From positions 1 to 41,523 of IMG/VR virus record IMGVR_UViG_3300040985_001881: a stretch of 41,523 bases of DNA; one strand, given 5' to 3'. The translations under genes were made by a program, and so were the position numbers. The DNA comes from a virus (taxonomy: Duplodnaviria > Caudoviricetes). Below are positions 1 to 8,870 of this stretch, piece by piece (position 1 is the first letter of the stretch; the number at the start of each line of letters is the position of its first letter). A model generated the notes under the pieces. That model saw only the letters and a list, made by a program, of their open reading frames with translations, had not been told where the DNA came from and searched no databases.

Positions 1-1
1 G

Positions 2-98
2 GCGCCGTTCCACGGAGGCCCCGAGGACTGGCTCACGTGCAAGGAGGGGCGCGAGCTACGCGAGCGGGAGATGCTCATGGAGATGCAGCGCCCTATCT
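2..98. repeat. Terminal overlap, copy 1 (97 bp, identical to 41426-41522); circular assembly junction
   Basis: gcgccgttccacggagg...cgccctatct occurs at both ends; the single flanking base differs on each side; an ORF reads through the join in frame. Confidence 0.95.
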
Positions 99-955
99 GG
101 CTCCTAGGTGAGGACCAGATCGAACCGTATTGGATGGGACGGACGGACGATCACCGCCTCTTGCAGTACAACGACGACCCGGACAGCTGGTGCCCTTACG
201 CGAAGGAGCTCCAGAAGATCCAAGCAGCCGACCACACGCACCTCAGCAGGGGGACAGCTGGCCCCTTCGCGCTAGCCAGGTGGGACCTGTTCGCTCGCGA
301 CTGTGCACTGAATGCGTTCCGCGACTTCCAAGCAGCCAACCGCTTGACCACAGAAGATGACGGGTCCTACAAGCTGCTGAAGCCTCTGCCCGTCAAGATC
401 CAAAAGGCCCAGGAGTCGGAAGAGCCGTGGCTGAACTCCGAAGGCGACCGCGGAATGGCGCACTGGCTCCGACTGTTGCGCTGGCTCCGCCCTTACGTCG
501 CGGCCGATGTCCTGGATGTCTACGCCGACCTCTATCGAACCTGGGTTCGGGAGCTCGCGCACGAGATGTACGGTTACACGCGAACCACAACACCAATCAA
601 GCCAGCAGCGAAGCCGCTAGCCGCGCCCTACATTCAGAGCTTCCACCCGCAGCTCGTGTGCTACGAGATGAAGCGGTTCGGTGGGTTGGATGAGATCGCG
701 GACAAGCTTGCGAAGCACCTAACGGATGACCCGCAATGGTACTTCGAAGCGCGGGACGGGGGCCCCAGAGAAACGTCGGCAGACCGTCACGGAATCGGCG
801 ACGGTCCCGCGAGCTACTCAGCTCTCACCCATGGGGTGCTTGTGGAGTACGACGACATCCAAGACCTGATCCACGACATGGAGTATCGAGGCGCCAACGG
901 GTCGAGCCAAGACCTAGACAGCATCCCCCGCGAACTATGGGAGCACGCCGTATGA
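2..955 (+). CDS. 3' part of a ~550 aa hypothetical protein spanning the circular junction (starts at 40727)
   Basis: Same frame as the open frame from ATG 40727 through the terminal overlap; the track ORF 71-955 is its C-terminal 294 aa. Confidence 0.8.
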   Translation, partial: APFHGGPEDWLTCKEGRELREREMLMEMQRPIWLLGEDQIEPYWMGRTDDHRLLQYNDDPDSWCPYAKELQKIQAADHTHLSRGTAGPFALARWDLFARDCALNAFRDFQAANRLTTEDDGSYKLLKPLPVKIQKAQESEEPWLNSEGDRGMAHWLRLLRWLRPYVAADVLDVYADLYRTWVRELAHEMYGYTRTTTPIKPAAKPLAAPYIQSFHPQLVCYEMKRFGGLDEIADKLAKHLTDDPQWYFEARDGGPRETSADRHGIGDGPASYSALTHGVLVEYDDIQDLIHDMEYRGANGSSQDLDSIPRELWEHAV

Positions 956-1155
956 ACTGGGGAAAGCACGCGGTAGCAATGTGCATGGTTATCTGCGTGT
1001 GCATGGGGCTGCTACAGATCCAGATCCGGCAGGACCGAAAGCGCCTACGTGCGCTGGAGAATCCGCCAGCAGTCGAGCGGCCCGTGGAACATCGCACGCT
1101 CAACGAGAAGGTAGGGGCCCCGCCAGTCCTGCCGAACAAGCCTAGGGTGCGTTAG
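952..1155 (+). CDS. Small membrane-anchored hypothetical protein
   Basis: ATGA overlap with upstream stop; N-terminal hydrophobic stretch AVAMCMVICVCMGLL. Confidence 0.6.
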   Translation: MNWGKHAVAMCMVICVCMGLLQIQIRQDRKRLRALENPPAVERPVEHRTLNEKVGAPPVLPNKPRVR

Positions 1156-1427
1156 TGCTCAGCAGAGGCAACGCCAGGTGCCGCCACATAGTCGAGGGCC
1201 GTGGATGGAGTGAAGCGGCCAGGTGTCACTACTACAGGTGCCGACTCTGCGGACGAGAGGGGTGGGACGAGTGGGGAGGCCAAGCAGGGTCCATGGAAAA
1301 GAGATGGCGGCAAGGAGAAGAGGATGCAAAGCAACGGGTTTCGGCGCAATCCGCGCACGCAGCAGCACACAGAAAGCTAGTCCGGGCAAGGGCCCATAAA
1401 TTCAGAAGGAGACGTGTAGGAAGATGA
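1155..1427 (+). CDS. Small basic Cys/His-containing hypothetical protein
   Basis: GTG start overlapping upstream TAG; CRH...CHYYRCRLC; Arg-rich tail; tight packing. Confidence 0.5.
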   Translation: MLSRGNARCRHIVEGRGWSEAARCHYYRCRLCGREGWDEWGGQAGSMEKRWRQGEEDAKQRVSAQSAHAAAHRKLVRARAHKFRRRRVGR

Positions 1428-1675
1428 GGCCGACCGACCATGAACTACAAGAGGCGGGCATCGACGGACCCAGCCTAAAGGACTTCCGCGACGGCGTGAG
1501 CCCATCACTTCGACTGTCCAAGGCGCTTGTCCGAATGGGGCGCAAGGACTTGTCGGCAATCGCCAAGAAGCTCAAGGAGGAGACCGTCCATATCTCCGAC
1601 GCGAGGGCAGCACTTGAGAAGCGGGCAGGCTTGGAGCCCATCCTAAAACGCATCGACGCCGGAGAGTTCACGTAA
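1424..1675 (+). CDS. Hypothetical protein
   Basis: ATGA overlap; ends 3 nt before the RNAP start. Confidence 0.6.
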   Translation: MRPTDHELQEAGIDGPSLKDFRDGVSPSLRLSKALVRMGRKDLSAIAKKLKEETVHISDARAALEKRAGLEPILKRIDAGEFT

Positions 1676-1678
1676 GCC

Positions 1679-4030
1679 ATGGACGAGCGAATCCCTCTCT
1701 CAATTTCCTCAGACCAGCTCGCGCTCGAAAGCGAGATGGCAAAGAGAGGGGTTGACCGTTACCGCTCCAGTGTGAATGAATCCGCAAGCAAGGGCCGGGT
1801 CTCCATAACGGGGCCCGGTCGTCAGCTTGTCGCGGACTCTGTTGGTGGCCTAGCAAAGGCACTGACGAAGTGGATGAAGGCCGCGAAGGAAAGCCCGGGG
1901 ATGCGGGTCGGTGCACTCAAGTTGCTCGACCAGCTCCGAGCCCCCGACATCGCAGCGATCGCCGTGCAGTCCATGCTCGACGCATCGGTGAAGGCCAAGA
2001 AGCGGAGCACCACAATTTGCGATATTGCAACGCTACTACGTGACGAGGCCACGCTGAAGGAATTGAAGCGACAGCACGCGCCACTATTCCGACGGCTCCA
2101 AGGATTCCAAGTGCCAAGGCACATGCGAACCACGGTCGCGAACAGATGGCGGAAGGAAGACCTATGGGATTACAAGGTCCCACTACGCACCGACCAGATG
2201 CAGGCGGGGCTAGTTGTGTTTGAATTGGCGATGCAGACGACGGACCTATTCCGGGTCGAGGTGCTGACGAAGAGGAACCGCCCGACCTACCTACTCACGC
2301 TTCAGCCAGGGGTGACGGAGTGGATGGAAGAGATGCACGAGAAGCGCGAGGCGCTCAGCCCGATCTACCTACCCATGGTGCAGGAGCCGGGAGAGTGGGG
2401 AGTCGGCAAAGTGGGCGGCTACCGATCGAACATGGCCCGCCGCAAGCCGCTATGCCGAGTGCAGCGCAAGGGACACGTCGACACGATGAGGGATGCGGAG
2501 ATGCCCCACATCTATCGGGCCGTGAACCTAGCGCAGGAGACACCGTGGAGAGTCAACAGCACCGTCTACGAGGTGGCGCGGGAGCTATGGGAATGCAACG
2601 CCCAGGTTGCGGGGTTCCCCGACAGGGACCAGCCAGAGCTACCGCCCAAGCCAGACGAGGAGGACGAAGAGCAGATGAAGGCTTGGAAGTCCACCAAGAC
2701 CGACGCGCTTGAACGCTACCGAGCAGAGGGCAGCGCAAGGCTCCGCCACCTTCGGACGTTGGAGCTCGCGCACCGCTTCAGCGGAAAAACGTTTTGGTAT
2801 CCGCACTTCCTGGACTTCCGGGCGCGGATGTACCCGACCCCCGCGTGGCTCAACAACCAGGGGCCCGACTTCGCCAGAGGCTTACTCGAGTTCGCCCGAT
2901 CCTCCCGGGTCGAGCACGGTTCACCAGAGGCAGAGCGATTCGAAGAGTACGGCGCCAGCCTCTACAAGGGCCCGATCCCGGACGGTCTGATCGAAGCCGT
3001 GGGGGAGGACCCCCTCAGTTGCCTAGCTTGGACGAAAGCGGACAAGCCGTGGCAGTTCCTCGCGTGGGCGCTCGACGCTTGGGCGTGGAGAGAGGAGGAG
3101 GGCCACCCGATCCGGGTTCCTGTCTGCGCGGACGGGTCGAACAACGGGCTCCAGATCTACGCCTTGCTCATGGGGGACGAGGCGCTCGCCCGCGAGACGA
3201 ACGTGCTACCGGGGCCCAAGCAGGATCTATACCAGAAGGTCGCGGACAAGGCCTGGGAGAGGGTGCTGCGCGATCCCAGCGATCAGGCTCGCAAGTGGCG
3301 GGAGTTCCTGCCCGATGGGCTGCCCAGGAAAGCCACGAAGGGCATCGTCATGCCAAGCCCCTACGGCATCAAGAAGCACTCGGCCGCGGGCTCCCTGCGC
3401 GACTGGATGCTTCAGCACCAGCTCGCTATCGGCGAGAGGCCATGGGGCCACGCCACCTTCGCGCCCGCAAACTTCCTGAATGAGATCGTGTGGGCAGAGA
3501 TGCAGGCGCTGATCGAGCCCGCATCGACGTGCATGGACTGGCTTCGATCCGTCGCCGATGCCTGCGAATCCGTGCGCTGGACGAACCCGGCAGGCTTCCC
3601 CATCACCCAGGACTACCCGAGGCAAAAGCCCGTACACGTGCGGGTTTTCATTGCAGACGTGCCGAAGACCGTCCACCCAAATCGGACCCTGCACCAGACT
3701 TCAGAGGCCAAGCAGCGCGACGGGCTACCCCCCAATTTCGTGCACTCCCTGGATTCCGCCGCGCTGATGCTGACCATGGGGAGGTGCGCAGACCGCGGGG
3801 TGAGGGACTTCGCCATGGTGCATGATAGCTACGGATGCCCCGCTGGGGATGCCGTCACCATGGCCCAGGCGCTTCGCGAGACCTTCGCGGAGATGTTCCA
3901 AGAAAACCTACTAGAGACCTTCCACCGCGAGGTGAGCCACTATGCGGGAGGCGCGGACATCCCAGAACCGCCCGCCCGTAGGGGGCTCGACCCGTCCGTC
4001 GTCCTACAATCAAAGCACTTCTTCGAATGA
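1679..4030 (+). CDS. Single-subunit T7/T3-type DNA-directed RNA polymerase (gp1-like)
   Basis: LPMVQEP, DFRARMYP, QGPDFARGLL, motif A ADGSNNGLQ, motif B RKATKGIVMPSPYG, PNFVHSLDS, motif C MVHDSYG, C-terminal SKHFF (T7 SDFAFA). Confidence 0.97.
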   Translation: MDERIPLSISSDQLALESEMAKRGVDRYRSSVNESASKGRVSITGPGRQLVADSVGGLAKALTKWMKAAKESPGMRVGALKLLDQLRAPDIAAIAVQSMLDASVKAKKRSTTICDIATLLRDEATLKELKRQHAPLFRRLQGFQVPRHMRTTVANRWRKEDLWDYKVPLRTDQMQAGLVVFELAMQTTDLFRVEVLTKRNRPTYLLTLQPGVTEWMEEMHEKREALSPIYLPMVQEPGEWGVGKVGGYRSNMARRKPLCRVQRKGHVDTMRDAEMPHIYRAVNLAQETPWRVNSTVYEVARELWECNAQVAGFPDRDQPELPPKPDEEDEEQMKAWKSTKTDALERYRAEGSARLRHLRTLELAHRFSGKTFWYPHFLDFRARMYPTPAWLNNQGPDFARGLLEFARSSRVEHGSPEAERFEEYGASLYKGPIPDGLIEAVGEDPLSCLAWTKADKPWQFLAWALDAWAWREEEGHPIRVPVCADGSNNGLQIYALLMGDEALARETNVLPGPKQDLYQKVADKAWERVLRDPSDQARKWREFLPDGLPRKATKGIVMPSPYGIKKHSAAGSLRDWMLQHQLAIGERPWGHATFAPANFLNEIVWAEMQALIEPASTCMDWLRSVADACESVRWTNPAGFPITQDYPRQKPVHVRVFIADVPKTVHPNRTLHQTSEAKQRDGLPPNFVHSLDSAALMLTMGRCADRGVRDFAMVHDSYGCPAGDAVTMAQALRETFAEMFQENLLETFHREVSHYAGGADIPEPPARRGLDPSVVLQSKHFFE

Positions 4031-4347
4031 ACTACACAATCAGCGACTCCAGAGCCGTCTATCGGACCCTTAGAGCCCTACGCCTAGCCGTCACCAGGCG
4101 CGAGCAGTCCGAAACCCTGGGAGAGGCACGCGCCCACAGGCTGCAGATCGTAAAGCCGGAACGATCGAACCATGGCTTCCTACTCGTGAACGAGGCCGGC
4201 GACCTCCTTTGCAATTCGGAGGGCAGGTTTCACAGCTACAGCAGCGCCACGTCGGCCAAGCGGGCACGGGCCTACCTGGGCGGGCAAATCAAAGGCGGCA
4301 GGCTCGCCCCGCTCACCCAGATTGAGTCAAAGCTGGTCGATCAATAG
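4027..4347 (+). CDS. Hypothetical protein
   Basis: ATGA overlap with RNAP stop; 106 aa. Confidence 0.55.
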   Translation: MNYTISDSRAVYRTLRALRLAVTRREQSETLGEARAHRLQIVKPERSNHGFLLVNEAGDLLCNSEGRFHSYSSATSAKRARAYLGGQIKGGRLAPLTQIESKLVDQ

Positions 4348-4407
4348 GCCAGGCTTATCAACAGAACTTACTTGGATAAGTGCTACTTACGGAGATAGCG
4401 ACGAAAA

Positions 4408-4692
4408 ATGTCCGACCCAAAAGGTAACGAAGAGGAGCCCCTCCCCCTTGCGCTGCAGAACCTTCTCGACCGAGAGATGCCGCAGCGGGAGGAAGCGGGG
4501 CCTGATCCCTATGTCGACGACGACCTGATCGGGGCCCTTGAGGGGCGATTCCCAGAAATGATCCCGGGTGACAACCTGGGGCTTGGCCCGATCCAGCGAT
4601 ACCTTGGGCGCCGGGACGTTGTGCTATTCATCAAAGACATCTACAGCCAGCAGGAGAAATCCAATGTGCGGAAGCGGACCCAAACCGGGTGA
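4408..4692 (+). CDS. gp6.5-like small protein
   Basis: LIGALEGRFP...LGRRDVVLFIK pattern typical of the small gene ahead of the portal in T7-like podoviruses; synteny; ggaga upstream. Confidence 0.6.
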   Translation: MSDPKGNEEEPLPLALQNLLDREMPQREEAGPDPYVDDDLIGALEGRFPEMIPGDNLGLGPIQRYLGRRDVVLFIKDIYSQQEKSNVRKRTQTG

Positions 4693-4879
4693 GATTGAAG
4701 TCGGTACATCCGACGCTATTCTCGCGGAGCAGAGGAAAAAGAACCTCAGCCGCCCCACCGCACGAGAAGCTACCGCCTTTGAGATCGAGGCCCCCGCAGC
4801 ACAGAAGGCCCGACAGACACTCGCCGCCCGATTGGGCGTGCAGCAGCTCAGAAGCTCATTCCTCAACACCACCAAGTAG
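4664..4879 (+). CDS. gp6.7/7.3-like small virion protein, copy 1
   Basis: Starts MCGSGP (T7 gp6.7 starts MC); position before the portal; paralog of 4881-5078. Confidence 0.7.
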   Translation: MCGSGPKPGEIEVGTSDAILAEQRKKNLSRPTAREATAFEIEAPAAQKARQTLAARLGVQQLRSSFLNTTK

Positions 4880-4880
4880 A

Positions 4881-5078
4881 ATGTGTGGCTCAGGACCGGA
4901 CACGCGCACCGCCGAGGACCATGCAAACAGGCTAAAGGCCGTCACCCCAGCGCCCCCGTCTGAGCGCCAGGAGACCGCGAAAGAGATCAAGCCGGTTGAG
5001 GGGCTACGCAAGCGGCAGACATTGGCAGCTCGCTTGGGAGTCCAGCAGCTTCGCCGGGGATTCACCAATCCAAACTAG
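4881..5078 (+). CDS. gp6.7/7.3-like small virion protein, copy 2
   Basis: Starts MCGSGP; shares RQTLAARLGVQQLR with copy 1; abuts the portal ATG. Confidence 0.7.
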   Translation: MCGSGPDTRTAEDHANRLKAVTPAPPSERQETAKEIKPVEGLRKRQTLAARLGVQQLRRGFTNPN

Positions 5079-6650
5079 ATGAACGAAAGCGCAGTTGCCG
5101 AGATGGAGCCGAAGAAGGTTTCCGACAGCGAAGGCCCCGCAGCAATCGCATGGGGAACGCTCCAGATGGCGCAGCGCCCCTACCTCTCCAAGGCTCAGGA
5201 GGTCTCGTCACTGACGATCCCCTTCCTGATACCGCCAGACGGGGCCACGGGCTCCACAGAGCTCCCTACGCCCTATCAGGGTGTCGGTGCAGAGGGGGTA
5301 AATAACCTAGCATCGAAGTTCGTTCTGACCCTATTCCCGCCGTCTGGGCCGTTCTTCCGCTTGGTCGCATCGCCGTCCACGATTCGGGAGCTCGGAGAGG
5401 AGGAGGGCGCCGACCCCGAGAAGGTCGTCGAGGAGTTCAACGCTAGAATTTCGGTGATGGAGCAGGAGATCCAGGCGGAGATCGAGTCGAAATCGCTCCG
5501 CCCGTTGCTCTTCACGTGCTTCCGCCACCTGATCGTGGGCGGCAATTACCTGATCCGATGGCAGAACGGCAAGCCCCGCGGATTCGGGATGCCCCATTTC
5601 AGGATCAAGCGCGACCGCTCAGGGACAATCCTCTGGATCATTACCCGGGAGGTGATGACCCGCTCAGCACTCCCGGATGGCGTCACAGCCCCCAAGGGCA
5701 AGGACAGCGTAGAGCTATTCACCGCAGCGCACCGCCAACCGGACGGGACCTACCGTCTCTGGGAGGAGGTCGGCAAGCGGATTTCGAACAAGGACACGGT
5801 GACGGAGGACAAGCTCCCCTACATCGCACCGACGCTGTTCGACCTAGACGGCGAGAGCTACGGGCACGGGCTGGGCGAACACTACCTGGGCGACTTGGTT
5901 TCGCTGGAGGCTCTCCGCCGCGCTGGCGTTCTAGGATCGGCAGCCGCTTCGCACATCCTGTTTCTGGTCAACCCCAACGGGTTCACGAAGGTCTCGGATC
6001 TGCAGGGGGCTCGCACGGGATCCTACGTTCCAGGCTTGGCATCGGATGTCGAGGCGCTCCAGCTCAACAAAAACGGCGATTTCGCATTCGCGACCAGCCT
6101 TCACGACAGCATCGAGCGGAAGCTCTATCGCGTCTTCCTGCTGGCGACGGCCGTGCAGCGAGACGCGGAGCGCGTGACCAAGGCCGAGATCCAGTTCATG
6201 GCCCAGGAGATCGAAGCAACTCACGGGGGGACCTACTCCCTGATGACGACTCAGCTCCAGTTGCCCTTGGCCCGAATGGTCATGGCAGACATGGTGAAAG
6301 CCGACAAGCTGCCAGAGCTTCCCGAAGAGGACGTGATCCCCAAGGTCATCACCGGCCTAGAGGGACTGGGACGCTCGGCAGAACTGGACCGCCTACGAAC
6401 GATGCTCTCGGTGGCCGTAGAAACCCTGGGCGTAGAGCTCGTCACCCGACGCATCAAGCCGGGGAACATCCTCACAAGGCTCGCAGCGTCCACAGGCGTC
6501 GACTCCACGGGAATGTGGTTCTCAGACGAAGAGATCGCGCAGCAAGATCAACAAGCACAACAGCGTGCGCTTCTGGAAAAGCTAGGGCCGCCAGCAGTCG
6601 GTGGGGCGGCTGGGCCCCTAGCACAGAACGCCGTTGAAACCCTCGGATAG
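5079..6650 (+). CDS. Portal / head-tail connector (T7 gp8-like)
   Basis: LTIPFLIP, TPYQGVGAEGVNNLASK, LFPPSGPFF, GESYGHG, QRDAERVTKAEI, TGLEGLGR; 523 aa. Confidence 0.96.
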   Translation: MNESAVAEMEPKKVSDSEGPAAIAWGTLQMAQRPYLSKAQEVSSLTIPFLIPPDGATGSTELPTPYQGVGAEGVNNLASKFVLTLFPPSGPFFRLVASPSTIRELGEEEGADPEKVVEEFNARISVMEQEIQAEIESKSLRPLLFTCFRHLIVGGNYLIRWQNGKPRGFGMPHFRIKRDRSGTILWIITREVMTRSALPDGVTAPKGKDSVELFTAAHRQPDGTYRLWEEVGKRISNKDTVTEDKLPYIAPTLFDLDGESYGHGLGEHYLGDLVSLEALRRAGVLGSAAASHILFLVNPNGFTKVSDLQGARTGSYVPGLASDVEALQLNKNGDFAFATSLHDSIERKLYRVFLLATAVQRDAERVTKAEIQFMAQEIEATHGGTYSLMTTQLQLPLARMVMADMVKADKLPELPEEDVIPKVITGLEGLGRSAELDRLRTMLSVAVETLGVELVTRRIKPGNILTRLAASTGVDSTGMWFSDEEIAQQDQQAQQRALLEKLGPPAVGGAAGPLAQNAVETLG

Positions 6651-6662
6651 GAATAGGTAGCC

Positions 6663-7490
6663 ATGTCCCAAGTACAACGAACAGAGGTCCCCGTCGCTGA
6701 AGAGCCAGACGGCGAACCGAACGAGAACCCTTCACTCCTCGGAGAGCTAGAGGCCGACCAGGAGCAGCTCGGAGGCGAAGAGCCCGAGACCATCGAGATC
6801 CCCGAGAAGTTCCAGAACGAAGACGGGACGGTGAATCAGGACGCGCTCCTGAAAAGCTACCTCGAGTTAGAGAAGGGCGGCACCAAGGAACCAGAGCCAG
6901 AAGCCGAGGCGGTGCCGGAACTCAAGATCCCTGAAGGCGCGGATCAGGATGCGATCTTCAACGAGAATCTAGAACGCTGGGGCAACGACCTGCTCGACGG
7001 TGGGGACTTCAAACCGGAGACCCGCGCAGAGATGCGCAAGGCGCACAACATCAGTGACGCCTACATCGACGAGATTCGAGACGGCCGCATGGCACGCGCA
7101 CAGCTCAACGCCCGCGAGGTCCACGACATGGTGGGGGGCTCTGAGCAGTTCGACCAGATGATGACCTGGGCAGCGAAGAACCTAGGGCGCGAGCAGGCAA
7201 CGAACTTCCTAGCAGAGGTGGACCTGGCGAAGCGCAACAGGCAGGACGCCGCGCTCAAGGTCAAGATCGACGGGATGCAGGCTCAATGGAAGTCAGCCAC
7301 CGGTCGCGGATGGGCACCGGAGCTCACAGGCGACGACCCCGCAGGCGAGACCATCAAGCCCTTCAAGTCGATGGCTGAAATGCAGAAGGTGCAGGCCAGC
7401 GAGGAGTACCGCAGCGGAGATGAAGCCTTCCAGCGCGAATTCAACATCCGGCTGAAGAAGTCCATGGATCAGAAGGTCCCGGGCTTCTAG
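6663..7490 (+). CDS. Capsid scaffolding protein (T7 gp9-like)
   Basis: Acidic N-terminus, PEKF...LLKSYLELEK, VGGSEQFDQMMTWA, C-terminal FKSMAEM...EYRSGD; lies between portal and capsid. Confidence 0.92.
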   Translation: MSQVQRTEVPVAEEPDGEPNENPSLLGELEADQEQLGGEEPETIEIPEKFQNEDGTVNQDALLKSYLELEKGGTKEPEPEAEAVPELKIPEGADQDAIFNENLERWGNDLLDGGDFKPETRAEMRKAHNISDAYIDEIRDGRMARAQLNAREVHDMVGGSEQFDQMMTWAAKNLGREQATNFLAEVDLAKRNRQDAALKVKIDGMQAQWKSATGRGWAPELTGDDPAGETIKPFKSMAEMQKVQASEEYRSGDEAFQREFNIRLKKSMDQKVPGF

Positions 7491-7514
7491 CACAAGGGAC
7501 TACACCCCCCCCAT

Positions 7515-7790
7515 GAGGGCGCACCGTGAGCTTGACTCCGGGGCGCCCTCTCTCCATACACCCGTGCCGCTTTGTAGACCAATCGACCGCACGGGAAACG
7601 AATGTCTTGCACAGGACAAAAACGCCGCACATAGCTAGTTGCGTAATAAAAACGCTAGGAGAGTCCGGGTCACCGGGGAGCTCTCCCAGAACAACCAAGT
7701 CAGCACGCCCGAGTAGCTCGCGGCCCCCCACGGGGGATAACCGGACGGTAGCTCAGCTAGGCAATCGCGACGAGGTTTGACTGAAGGCTG
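7515..7790 (+). ncRNA. Candidate structured RNA / 5' leader of the major capsid gene (chain of hairpins)
   Basis: Stems GAGGGCGC/GCGCCCTC, CCCGTGC/GCACGGG, TGTCTTG/CAGGACA, GGAGAG/CTCTCC, CGAG/CTCG, CCCC/GGGG, TAGC/GCTA separated by A-rich linkers; no credible ORF. Confidence 0.45.
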
Positions 7791-7811
7791 AGAAGAAACG
7801 GAGAACACTCC

Positions 7812-8810
7812 ATGGTTACCACGATTTCAGGCATCACCAATCTTGGTGAAAACAATGGTGACGGCGCCACCTCAGGATTTGACGCGCTATTCCTCAAGAA
7901 GTTCGGAGGCGAGGTCGCTACCTCCTACGGACACAACTTGGTTCTCATGCCCCGCGTGCGACAGAAGACCCTCAAGGGTGGCAAGAGCTACACCTTCGGG
8001 GCGATCGGCCGCACCACGGCTACGCACCACGTCCGAGCCCAAGTGGTTCGTGACGCTCCCTACGTGGGAGAGATCACCCTCGGCGAGCGAATCATCTTCC
8101 TGGACCGTCCGATCGTCGCTGAGGCGTTCACGGACCAGTTTGAAGAGTTCGTGAACCACTTCGACGTTCGGGGTCCCATTGCCGACGAGCTCGGCGCTGC
8201 AATCTCCGAGTTGATCGAAGACCAGCTGATGCGCCTCTTGGTCATCGGCAGCGACTCCACCGCTGGACCCGTTGCGGACCAGCCAGGCGGCAACGACATG
8301 GTTTACCCCAATGCAGGCACCAACGGTGCCGACTTGGTTGAAGCCATCAAGGAGCAGGCGCTCTACTGGAACAACAACCGAGTTCCGAAGGCCGGGCGCT
8401 TCTGTATCGTGCCTCCCACCCAGTACCAAATGCTGGCAGAGCGCACGGACTTCCACTCCATGGACATCAACAACGGCAGAAACGGCTCCCTACGGGAAGG
8501 CGAAATCGGTCGGATGTACGGAATGGACATCCTCGAAAGCACCCTGGTTCCCTCGACGGACACCTCGTCCGATGACGCACCGGACTACGGCGACAACGGT
8601 TTGCAGAACGACTACCGAGTCGATGCTGCGGATTGCGTCGGCGTGTTCGGCACCCCGCGAGCCCTGGGCGCTGTCCAGATCGGCGGAGTGATGATCGAAT
8701 CGGAGTACGAGCGCAAGGACAAGGGTACTTGGTTCGACGCTTCCAAGATCTTCGGCGCCGGAGTCTTGCGAGAGTCCGATTGCGGCTCCGTTCGCACGCT
8801 CGCTATCTAA
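7812..8810 (+). CDS. Major capsid protein (T7 gp10-like)
   Basis: ALFLKKFGGEV, GGKSYTF, HFDVRGPIADELG, NNRVPKAGRFCIVPPTQY, G-MDILES, GAGVLRE; GGAG SD. Confidence 0.96.
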   Translation: MVTTISGITNLGENNGDGATSGFDALFLKKFGGEVATSYGHNLVLMPRVRQKTLKGGKSYTFGAIGRTTATHHVRAQVVRDAPYVGEITLGERIIFLDRPIVAEAFTDQFEEFVNHFDVRGPIADELGAAISELIEDQLMRLLVIGSDSTAGPVADQPGGNDMVYPNAGTNGADLVEAIKEQALYWNNNRVPKAGRFCIVPPTQYQMLAERTDFHSMDINNGRNGSLREGEIGRMYGMDILESTLVPSTDTSSDDAPDYGDNGLQNDYRVDAADCVGVFGTPRALGAVQIGGVMIESEYERKDKGTWFDASKIFGAGVLRESDCGSVRTLAI

Positions 8811-8815
8811 TCCAC

Positions 8816-8850
8816 AGGCCCTCTACCGCTTGGTAGGGGGCCTCTTTTTC
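8816..8850 (+). terminator. Intrinsic terminator after the capsid gene (T-phi position)
   Basis: AGGCCCTCTACC-GCTT-GGTAGGGGGCCT hairpin followed by CTTTTTC. Confidence 0.9.
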
Positions 8851-8870
8851 TCACACACACGGAGTAACGA

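Noticed and set aside
5516-6637. 373-aa alternate-frame ORF within the portal gene
   Set aside because: Arg/Gly/Pro-rich shadow ORF expected at high GC; the portal frame carries the conserved motifs
7742-7790. tRNA gene (CGGACGGTAGCTCAGCTAGG resembles a tRNA 5' end; GGTTTGACT resembles a T-loop)
   Set aside because: No anticodon stem, T-stem or acceptor pairing can be formed
8780-8870. Capsid frameshift/read-through extension like T7 gp10B
   Set aside because: No slippery site noticed; a terminator and the next gene follow directly
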